Source: Pseudomonadota bacterium (GTDB lineage Bacteria > Pseudomonadota > Alphaproteobacteria > Rhodobacterales > Rhodobacteraceae). From it: a stretch of DNA of 64,000 bases. Positions 20,778 to 28,748 of the stretch are shown piece by piece. The stretch is from NCBI GenBank assembly GCA_038750765.1, contig JBCDGW010000009.1, positions 158-64,157 of the forward strand, in the 5' to 3' direction. A program made the translations under genes and the position numbers. Below the pieces are notes generated by a model. That model did no database searches. It worked only from the letters and a program-made list of their open reading frames with translations, and had not been told where the DNA came from. Every line of letters starts with the position of its first letter. The first letter of the stretch is position 1.

Positions 20778-22532
20778 TTGGCACAACCAGGGCACGTTGT
20801 TGCGTGGAGTTGTGCTGTGCTCTCTTTTGTTCGTGTATTGTCGGCCGTCGTTTTAGCTGGCCTGTGCTACCTGGGCTATGCCCTGTATGATCGTCAGGTC
20901 GCTTGGACGGTTGAGCGCAAAGCGGTGGTCAGCGCCCAAGCCTGGCTTGACTACTTCGCAACGACGATACCTGAGGCCTCTGGTGTGGTGGCAAGCGGCG
21001 CCTTTAGCGACCAAGACCAGCAACTCCTTGAGCCGATCCGCGGCGCACTCGATGTCTTCCACTTCAAGTTCTTTGCCCCGGATGGGTCACTGCGCTTTGC
21101 TTCTGATGCTGAGGACCCCGACGTTTCGGGCAGCGACGGCGCGCTTCGCCATAACCCCTCAGCGGTGGGCGTTGTGCTTGAGACCGGTCAGGTAGAAACG
21201 CGCCTCGGAGGGGCCGCAGCGTCGGCGCGTTGGCCCAATCAGTTCGCTGCCGTTTATCTGCCTTATGAGATTGAGACGGGTCACCGTGGCGTCGTCTCGG
21301 TCTATGTCGACACCACCGCAAAGGTTGCCACAACCGAGGCGTCGTTTCGCACCTTCGCCCTGATCGTCACAGGATTGATCGCGGTAATTTTCTTGATCCC
21401 AACCGCGTTTTGGGCGGTGGCTTGGCGCGACAGTCGGCGGCAGCAGCAAGACCTGAAGCAGTCCGCGGTCGATCAGGCGAAGCTGACCGAGGAGGTGCGC
21501 CTTATCGGCGATCTGAATGAGTGGCTGCAGGCGAGCCGGTCCCAAGCTGAGTTGTTTGAGATGGTGGTGGGCTTTCTGACCCGCCTGTTGCCCGCATGCG
21601 ATGGCCAGATCTACATTTACGCTAATTCACGCGATGTACTGGACGGCGTCGCCAGCTGGGGCAACGATTCGCTCCTCCACGACCACATTCACCCGGAAGA
21701 TTGCTGGGCGCTGCGGCGCGGACGCACCTACAGCTATGGCGAAGCAGAAATCGGGTTTCCCTGCGCGCATGTTGGCCATGACGGCCTGCGCCCTTACTTC
21801 TGCATGCCCTTGCTCGCCCATGGAGAGACGATCGGTCTGCTGCACTTAGCGCAACGCGAAGGCGTCGCGGACAGCACCTTCCGCGCGTCCCGCCGCCTTG
21901 CTCAGCTTTGTGCAGAGCAGATCTCGATGGCGATCGCAAATGTCCGTATGCGCGATGAACTACAAGACCAGTCGATCCGCGACGCGTTAACGGGTTTGTT
22001 CAATCGGCGCCATCTGACGGATGCGTTGCGGCGCAACATGGCCCGCGCGGCAAGCCGTGACCAAACGGTCGCCTTGCTCTCCATTGATGTCGACCACTTC
22101 AAGAAATTTAACGACAATTATGGCCACGACGCCGGTGATATGGTGCTGCGCGCAGTCGGCGAAGTGCTCGATCAGTGCACCGATGGCGATGAGCTCGCAT
22201 GCCGCCCGGGCGGTGAGGAATTCATGATCGTCCTGCCCGATTGCGGTACGGCTGAGGCGCTTCACCGTGCGGAGGTGGTGCGCGAGCGCATTCAAGCCAT
22301 CTCCATCCGCTATGGTGAAAAGAATTTGCCAAGCATTACAGCGTCTATCGGCATCGCAGTTTCGCCCGATCACGGCACCATCCCGCAAGACCTGATGCGT
22401 ACTGCCGATGAGGCGCTGTATGCAGCCAAAGCCTATGGTCGCAATCGTGCCGTTCTTGCCACCCTGATCGAATTGGACGGGAACGACACGGCTGCCTTGC
22501 CCCCGGTCGGTAAGCTAGAAGCGGCCGAATAA
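20778..22532 (+). CDS. Membrane-anchored sensor diguanylate cyclase (2 TM + periplasmic domain + GAF + GGDEF)
   Basis: DALTGLFNRR, DVDHFKKFND, GHDAGD, RPGGEEF; GAF segment CWALRRG...CMPLLAHGE; TTG start uncertain. Confidence 0.9.
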   Translation: MAQPGHVVAWSCAVLSFVRVLSAVVLAGLCYLGYALYDRQVAWTVERKAVVSAQAWLDYFATTIPEASGVVASGAFSDQDQQLLEPIRGALDVFHFKFFAPDGSLRFASDAEDPDVSGSDGALRHNPSAVGVVLETGQVETRLGGAAASARWPNQFAAVYLPYEIETGHRGVVSVYVDTTAKVATTEASFRTFALIVTGLIAVIFLIPTAFWAVAWRDSRRQQQDLKQSAVDQAKLTEEVRLIGDLNEWLQASRSQAELFEMVVGFLTRLLPACDGQIYIYANSRDVLDGVASWGNDSLLHDHIHPEDCWALRRGRTYSYGEAEIGFPCAHVGHDGLRPYFCMPLLAHGETIGLLHLAQREGVADSTFRASRRLAQLCAEQISMAIANVRMRDELQDQSIRDALTGLFNRRHLTDALRRNMARAASRDQTVALLSIDVDHFKKFNDNYGHDAGDMVLRAVGEVLDQCTDGDELACRPGGEEFMIVLPDCGTAEALHRAEVVRERIQAISIRYGEKNLPSITASIGIAVSPDHGTIPQDLMRTADEALYAAKAYGRNRAVLATLIELDGNDTAALPPVGKLEAAE

Positions 22533-22712
22533 GCCTGCTCAACGCGGGTCTCGCATCGGCCTTCGACAGAGTAAGCGTTGCAGCGCCTACGCGTGATGCG
22601 CGTGTGACGCAGTTGCCGGCGCGGCAACAACACCAGAGCCTTCGTTCAGCGCGCTGCCTTGGAATGTGATGGACGCGCAGCTGCGTTTTGTGGGGTCCAA
22701 ACGGCTCTGGTT

Positions 22713-22728
22713 CGGCACGCCGCTTGCG
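22713..22728 (+). promoter_or_regulatory. Candidate sigma-54 -24/-12 promoter
   Basis: CGGCACG-CCGC-TTGCG, exact GG-N10-GC spacing, about 100 nt upstream of ATG 22830. Confidence 0.45.
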
Positions 22729-22829
22729 CCGAAAGTCTAAAATTAAGCAATAAATGCCTCTTTCCTGTCCCACCATGGACAAATCAAACGCCTAATCGGT
22801 GACCGCGGCTGTAGGGCACGGACACCATC

Positions 22830-23189
22830 ATGGCGAACACCGACATTTCAGATCTCCGCGACACCACCGGCTTCCTTGGCGCGTGCTTGGTGGACAGCGA
22901 AACGGGGCTGGTTTTGGCGCAGGAGACCGGGAGCACGTATCTCGATCTCGAAGCGGCAGGCGCCCGCAACACCGAAGTGATGCGTGCCAAGAATGCCGCG
23001 TTGAAAGCGTTAGGCCACGACGATCCCATCGAAGACATCGTCATTAGCCTGGGCACGCAGATCCACCTGATCCGCCCGCTTCACAGCAATCCGACGGTGT
23101 TTGTCTACTTGGCTGTCGAACGCAAGATCGAAAACTTGGGCATGGCGCGGCTCGCCATCAAAAATGTGGAGGCGGAACTGGCCGTCTAA
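22830..23189 (+). CDS. Roadblock/LC7-domain protein (MglB-like fold)
   Basis: 119 aa; GFLGACLVDSETGLVL...IEDIVISLGTQIHLIRPL...FVYLAV...NLGMARL, fits the alpha-beta-beta-alpha-beta-beta-beta-alpha pattern. Confidence 0.8.
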   Translation: MANTDISDLRDTTGFLGACLVDSETGLVLAQETGSTYLDLEAAGARNTEVMRAKNAALKALGHDDPIEDIVISLGTQIHLIRPLHSNPTVFVYLAVERKIENLGMARLAIKNVEAELAV

Positions 23190-23262
23190 ATGGAGCGCCG
23201 CCTGCGCGGCCCACTCACGGATTGGCAATCATGCCATTGGATACCCATGCGACGAGGCGGCA

Positions 23263-25227
23263 ATGCCGAACACAGACAGCAAATTTAGCCAGTATCAAGA
23301 GGGGTTTCGCGAGCTTAACGCGTTCTGGGCCAAGCTGGATAAGCTTGATGCCGATGTCGAAGCGTTTGCGGAGACCGCGCTGAGTTTCGTCGATGAACCG
23401 CTCGATCGGGTGCGCGAGAAAATCCGCGCCTTCGAGCCTTCCGTGAGCGTCATCGGGCAGATCAAGGCAGGCAAAAGCACGCTGTTGAACGCCATTATCG
23501 GCCAGCCGGATCTGCTTCCGTCTGATGTTAATCCATGGACATCGGTCATCACCGGATTGCATCTGAACAATCGTTTTCGCCCGGTGAATACCCGCGCGGT
23601 GTTTCGGTTTTTCGACCGCCACGAATGGGATCGGCTCGCAGCAACCGGCGGCAGACTCGGTGAAATGGCCAAGCGCGCGGGCTTTGACAGCGAAGCCGAC
23701 GCGGTGCGCAGCCAGGTCGACCAAATGCGCCAGACCACCGAGGAACGTCTCGGCGAGGAGTTCGAAGACCTTCTTGGCGGCAGCCGTACCTATCCTGATT
23801 TGGATAAAGACGTGCTCGACCGCTACATCTGTTACGGTGACCCCGACGACATAGCCGACGGCGCCCGCGACGGGATCTATGCCGATATCACGAAATTCGC
23901 CGATCTTTATATCGACAGCGATTTCCTTCCCAAGGGACTGTGCCTGCGCGATACGCCCGGGGTCAACGACACCTTTATGATGCGTGAGCAGATCACGCTG
24001 AATGCAATCAGCGATAGCCGGGTCTGCGTTGTCGTTTTGTCGGCGCATCAAGCGCTGTCGGCAATGGACCTGGCGATCTTGCGGATCATTTGCAGCGTTG
24101 ACGCGCGTGAAGTGCTCATCTTCGTCAATCGCATCGATCAGCTGGCGCAGCCCCAGGTCGAGGTTGAGAATATCCGCAAGTCGGTTGAGAAAACCTTGCG
24201 CCGTATCGGTGTTGGCGACGGCATCGAGATTTTGTTCGGAAGCGGTTATTGGGCGAATTGTGCGCTTGGTGATCCCGGATCCATGCGACAGCCGAGCCGC
24301 GACGCGCTGGCAGAATTCTTCGGTGGTGACACGGATGATCCTGAGCTTCTGCGCCAGCGGGCGATGGAAGCCTCTGGCGTGTTTCAGCTCTTACGCGCGA
24401 TTGCGAACCGCGTTGTGGAAGGCCCCGGCGCTGCGATCCTGAACGATCTGCAGAAAGACCTCGATACCATCATTGAGATGAGCGAGACGGTCGAATCTGT
24501 GGCCGAGCAGCGCATGTCCGCACCGCCCGCATCGGAAATGACCCAGATGATGCTCTCGCTGAAGATCGCGGATGTGCATGACCGGGTCTTGAAGAGCTTC
24601 GACGAGCGGGTGGCTGGCGTGCGCGCACATCTCGTTGAGCGGTTGGATCGCGCGCAAGATACCTTCGTTGAGTCAGCCACCGAGGCGCTTCAGTCGCACA
24701 TCAATGCGTTCAGCGAGGCCGGGACCTGGACCCATGACCCCACAAGTCTGCGGATGATGATGCGGACGGCATATGTGTCTGCCTGCGGGCGTTTGCGACG
24801 CGAGGGCGAAAGCGCGTTCGACACCGTGCTCGACGGTGTTCAGGAGATACTCGAGACCGATCTGGGCGTTTATCGCGAGGGCAGTTCTATCGAGTTTCCC
24901 GAGCAGCAACAGCACAAGGCGCCCACAATCTTGGCGCGGACCATCGCCCTAGACCTGCAGGGGCGGTGGTGGCGCAAGTTCTGGCGCTTCGGGCGCGAAC
25001 ATGCAGCCCAGAAACGTTATCGCGCAACGATTCTGGCCGAGACGACGCCGATTATCGACGGCTTGATGGATGACTTCTTCGAGCCCGCGGTGCGCAACAC
25101 CCGCGACATCGTCGAGAAGTTCCTGATCGATCAGGGCGCGTTCTGCAAAGCCATCCTGGAAAGCTACGAGACCGACACGACCGGGAAGTCAGATCCCGAC
25201 AGCATGACAAAAAGGCTGATTGCATGA
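23263..25227 (+). CDS. Dynamin-like GTPase, long type (copy 1)
   Basis: G1 GQIKAGKST, G2 SDVNPWTS, G3 DTPG, G4 NRID, long helical C-terminus; GAGG RBS. Confidence 0.88.
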   Translation: MPNTDSKFSQYQEGFRELNAFWAKLDKLDADVEAFAETALSFVDEPLDRVREKIRAFEPSVSVIGQIKAGKSTLLNAIIGQPDLLPSDVNPWTSVITGLHLNNRFRPVNTRAVFRFFDRHEWDRLAATGGRLGEMAKRAGFDSEADAVRSQVDQMRQTTEERLGEEFEDLLGGSRTYPDLDKDVLDRYICYGDPDDIADGARDGIYADITKFADLYIDSDFLPKGLCLRDTPGVNDTFMMREQITLNAISDSRVCVVVLSAHQALSAMDLAILRIICSVDAREVLIFVNRIDQLAQPQVEVENIRKSVEKTLRRIGVGDGIEILFGSGYWANCALGDPGSMRQPSRDALAEFFGGDTDDPELLRQRAMEASGVFQLLRAIANRVVEGPGAAILNDLQKDLDTIIEMSETVESVAEQRMSAPPASEMTQMMLSLKIADVHDRVLKSFDERVAGVRAHLVERLDRAQDTFVESATEALQSHINAFSEAGTWTHDPTSLRMMMRTAYVSACGRLRREGESAFDTVLDGVQEILETDLGVYREGSSIEFPEQQQHKAPTILARTIALDLQGRWWRKFWRFGREHAAQKRYRATILAETTPIIDGLMDDFFEPAVRNTRDIVEKFLIDQGAFCKAILESYETDTTGKSDPDSMTKRLIA

Positions 25228-26636
25228 TCTTGTCCCGACGCAAATCCGAACCGCTCGCGCGTGATGAAACGGCGAGCACCGCATCGGTCGGTGCACGCAA
25301 ACCGCGGATCATGATCGCGGGCGAGTTTAGCGCTGGAAAAACAAAGCTGATCAACGGCCTCATCGGTCACGAGGTGCTGCCCTCAAACGTGACCGCGACA
25401 TCGCTTCCGCCGATTTGGCTCACCAGCGGCCAAACCGGCATTCTGTCGGTCGGTCTCAACGGCGAGAAAGCGGAACGCAGTTCGCTCGATGATGTGGACG
25501 TTGAGGATACGCAGTTCTGCGTGATGGCACTGTCCGCGCCGATCCTTGAGCGCTTCGATATCATCGACACGCCGGGCAATTCTGACCCCAATATCGACGC
25601 CGAAAGCTGGGAGCGCATGCTGCGTTACGCTGACTTGGTGGTGTGGTGCACCAACGCCAATCAGGCGTGGCGCCAAAGTGAAAAGTCGGTTTGGGCGGAT
25701 ATGCCCAGCCATCTCGTCGGGGTTGGGCCCTTGGTGATCACCCATGCTGACCTGCTTGCCGACGAGGTCACGGCCGAGCGTGTCGTACGCCGGGCGCGGC
25801 GCGAGGCGGGCGCGTACTTCGCCTCAATCCTGATGGTCTCGCTGTTGCGCGACGCCGACATCGCCCGCGTCGCCGATGCTCTGGAAACCCTCGGCGGTAG
25901 CATCGCTGAGAGCGGCGAAGCCAATCTGGCGGTGTCGCGATTTGCCCAAGCTGAACGCGCGGTTAGCGAGGACCAGACGATCCACCTTGGCACAATCGAT
26001 GCGCCGCCGTCGCCGAAAGTGCCAAAACGTGTCATGAGCCGCCGCCTTGAGAGCCGCGACTCTGCGCCCGATCCACTTCCCGAAATCCAGTCCGAAATCC
26101 AGCCCGAACCCCAGCCCCTACCGGAGCCCGAGGCTGACGCTGCGTTCGATCCGTTCGAGATCACGTCGCTCGATGATGAGGCACCCGTCACGCGGCCTTT
26201 GTATGATATTGGCGCCGCGCCACCGCCCGCCGAAATGCCCGAGCAAACCGGCGAAGCAGCGCAAGCCGCGCCCATTTCACAGGATGCGCGGGTCGTGAAC
26301 GCGGTGCTCGAGAAACTGGCTGTGCCCAGTTATGTCGCGCAAATATCGGGGTCATCCGACGACGATCTGGCAAAAACCAAGCTCTTGCAGCCCCATAAAC
26401 AGCCGTGTCGGCGCGCGCCCGGTCAGTCCGCGCGCGACCTTTGGCACGATGTGATCCGCGGCAAAGACCTCAACGACGCGGATGTCGTTCTGGCCTGTGC
26501 CGAAGCGCTGATCCGCCAAATCGATGCGGAGGATGACCTTGTGCATAACGGGTCAAACGCCGTGGATGATTACGGCGAGCCTCTTTCCCTTATGCAGCCG
26601 AGCAACCACGGAGGCAGCCATGAAAATCGCACCTAA
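25224..26636 (+). CDS. Dynamin-N-type GTPase, short type with low-complexity tail (copy 1)
   Basis: G1 GEFSAGKT, G2 SNVTATS, G3 DTPG, G4 THAD; Pro/Glu-rich tail; ATGA overlap with the upstream gene. Confidence 0.82.
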   Translation: MILSRRKSEPLARDETASTASVGARKPRIMIAGEFSAGKTKLINGLIGHEVLPSNVTATSLPPIWLTSGQTGILSVGLNGEKAERSSLDDVDVEDTQFCVMALSAPILERFDIIDTPGNSDPNIDAESWERMLRYADLVVWCTNANQAWRQSEKSVWADMPSHLVGVGPLVITHADLLADEVTAERVVRRARREAGAYFASILMVSLLRDADIARVADALETLGGSIAESGEANLAVSRFAQAERAVSEDQTIHLGTIDAPPSPKVPKRVMSRRLESRDSAPDPLPEIQSEIQPEPQPLPEPEADAAFDPFEITSLDDEAPVTRPLYDIGAAPPPAEMPEQTGEAAQAAPISQDARVVNAVLEKLAVPSYVAQISGSSDDDLAKTKLLQPHKQPCRRAPGQSARDLWHDVIRGKDLNDADVVLACAEALIRQIDAEDDLVHNGSNAVDDYGEPLSLMQPSNHGGSHENRT

Positions 26637-28737
26637 GATGCGCCATGAGCTTGATTTTCTGCGCGAAAACCTGGTCGCGGCAGAGAAAGTCGTCGATCGG
26701 CGGAAACGTCAGGCCTTCCGTGATTTGCGTGAGCGCTTGGACAATTGGGCAGCGAAAGTGGCGGTCATCGGCCAGGTGAAGGCGGGCAAGTCCACCTTCA
26801 TGAACGCGTTTCTTCATCAAGATGACCTGCTGCCGTCAGATGTGAACCCGTGGACATCGGTGGTCACAAACATTCGCATCAACATGCCGAACGATCCGGC
26901 TTTCGGCGCGAAATTTGAGTTCTTTGACGAGCCCGATTGGCAAGAGATCTTGGATGGCGGCTCTAAGATACGAAAGCTCACGGAACAGCTTTTACCGGGT
27001 TTTGATACCGATCTGCTGCGTCGGCAAAGCGAGGAGATGAAAGCGCGCGCCCAGAGGCGTCTCGGCGACCATTATGAGAGCTTGCTCGGCACCGAGCATG
27101 ATTACGATTTTCTAACGCCCGATCTGCTCAAACACTATGTCTGCGCCGGGCCTGCCACTGGGGATGACGACGCAGATCAATCCGGCCGCTACGCGTCGCT
27201 CACAAAGGTGGCCAACGCCTATATGCGGCTGCCTGAGTTTCAGGTGCCCACGATCTTAACGGACACGCCCGGCGTCAATGACCCGTTCCTCGTGCGCGAT
27301 GAGTTTACCTGCCGCAGTCTCGACAAATCGGACGTGTTCATCGTGGCGCTCTCGGCGCATCAACCATTAACCGAGGTCGACATCGCTTTGATCCGGATCT
27401 TGGCCAAGCAAGATTCCAAAGACGTGTTGATCTTCGTCAATCGCATTGATGAGTTAGACGATTTGAACGCGGAGCTTCCGCGGGTGATGGAGGATGTCGC
27501 GCGGCGTCTCAAAAAGGCCATCCCGGATATCGATTTTGCCATGGTCGCTGGGAGTGCGTTTATGGCGCAAGTGGCGATGCGCGACGATGAAGAAGCACAG
27601 GAAGCGCGGGTCGCCCTCGATACGCCAGAGCTTGCCGACTATCTGCGCGCTCAGTACGGCGCGGTGCCCGATGACCAGGTGGATCGGCTGCTGATGGGGT
27701 CGGGGATTGCCGATGTCAAAGAAACACTGTCGCGGGTCATCGATAACGGCGTGGGAACCGGACAGCTGGCACAGCTTTTAGGTGATATCCGCGCCGAGTT
27801 GAACGCGGCGCAGTTCATCGCCCGACGCGAGCGCGAAGCCATTCAGGCCCAAGTCGAGAGCGTGCAAAGCGATGTTGCCGAAGCGGCGGCCGAAGAATTA
27901 GAGCACGATCTGGCGAAAGTTGCCGAAGCCCATGACGCGCTGGAACACCACGTGAGCGCCGCTGATGATCAATTGGAGAAAGCGATCTCGAAATCGTGGA
28001 GTTCGCTTGAGACCAAGCTCGTCAACCACGTCACGGCGTTCGTCGATAGCCAGCAACGACCGCTCAGCGAGTACCTCATCAGCGATGAGATCCGCGGCGG
28101 TAAGCGCAAAGGTCTCGATATCGACCTGGCACCGCTTCAGATCGCGATCGAGAAGGAAGTTCTCAAAAACTACGAGAAATCACGCGCTAGCACCGATGTC
28201 GTGCTCAATAATTGCATCCATGTTTGCCGTCAGGTTGTCAAAGACAGCTACGATGACCCGACCGAAAACATCACCCTCGATGACCTACCTTACTCAGAGT
28301 TTGCCTCAACGCTGATGCTGGCGAAAAAGTCGCTGCGGCTAGAGCTGATTGCGGAGCGTAGCTGGCAATTCTGGCGGCGCCAGGCCGTTGACGTGGATAA
28401 ATCGCTCACCGCCTTGCGCACGATTGCAGCGGCGGAGTTGCGACCGCCCATTGAGAAGATTTTGGCCGCCTTCAATGAGGCGCAGGTGGAACGTGCAACC
28501 GCTGGCATGTCGCGCGTCAATGTCATGCTGCGGATGATCGAAGTGATGCTCGATGAGACAAAGCACCGGCTGAAAACCGAAAAAACTGAGTTTGAGCGCC
28601 TCGCCCGAGATCCAGAGATGCGCGAGGGGCTGGTGCGTCAATTGCAAAGCAAGATGGAAGTCTTGGAGCAACGCTTGATCAATTTGTCGGCTGTGGACGG
28701 CGTGCTCTCGAAATCGGAACTGTCTGAGGCGGCGTAG
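26620..28737 (+). CDS. Dynamin-like GTPase, long type (copy 2)
   Basis: G1 GQVKAGKST, G2 SDVNPWTS, G3 DTPGVND, G4 NRID, coiled-coil-like C-terminus; GGAGG RBS before ATG 26620. Confidence 0.88.
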   Translation: MKIAPKMRHELDFLRENLVAAEKVVDRRKRQAFRDLRERLDNWAAKVAVIGQVKAGKSTFMNAFLHQDDLLPSDVNPWTSVVTNIRINMPNDPAFGAKFEFFDEPDWQEILDGGSKIRKLTEQLLPGFDTDLLRRQSEEMKARAQRRLGDHYESLLGTEHDYDFLTPDLLKHYVCAGPATGDDDADQSGRYASLTKVANAYMRLPEFQVPTILTDTPGVNDPFLVRDEFTCRSLDKSDVFIVALSAHQPLTEVDIALIRILAKQDSKDVLIFVNRIDELDDLNAELPRVMEDVARRLKKAIPDIDFAMVAGSAFMAQVAMRDDEEAQEARVALDTPELADYLRAQYGAVPDDQVDRLLMGSGIADVKETLSRVIDNGVGTGQLAQLLGDIRAELNAAQFIARREREAIQAQVESVQSDVAEAAAEELEHDLAKVAEAHDALEHHVSAADDQLEKAISKSWSSLETKLVNHVTAFVDSQQRPLSEYLISDEIRGGKRKGLDIDLAPLQIAIEKEVLKNYEKSRASTDVVLNNCIHVCRQVVKDSYDDPTENITLDDLPYSEFASTLMLAKKSLRLELIAERSWQFWRRQAVDVDKSLTALRTIAAAELRPPIEKILAAFNEAQVERATAGMSRVNVMLRMIEVMLDETKHRLKTEKTEFERLARDPEMREGLVRQLQSKMEVLEQRLINLSAVDGVLSKSELSEAA

Positions 28738-28748
28738 AGGACGGTGGC

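Noticed and set aside
23101-23262. Longer start for the first dynamin-like protein
   Set aside because: Overlaps the Roadblock gene; ATG 23263 has a GAGG RBS
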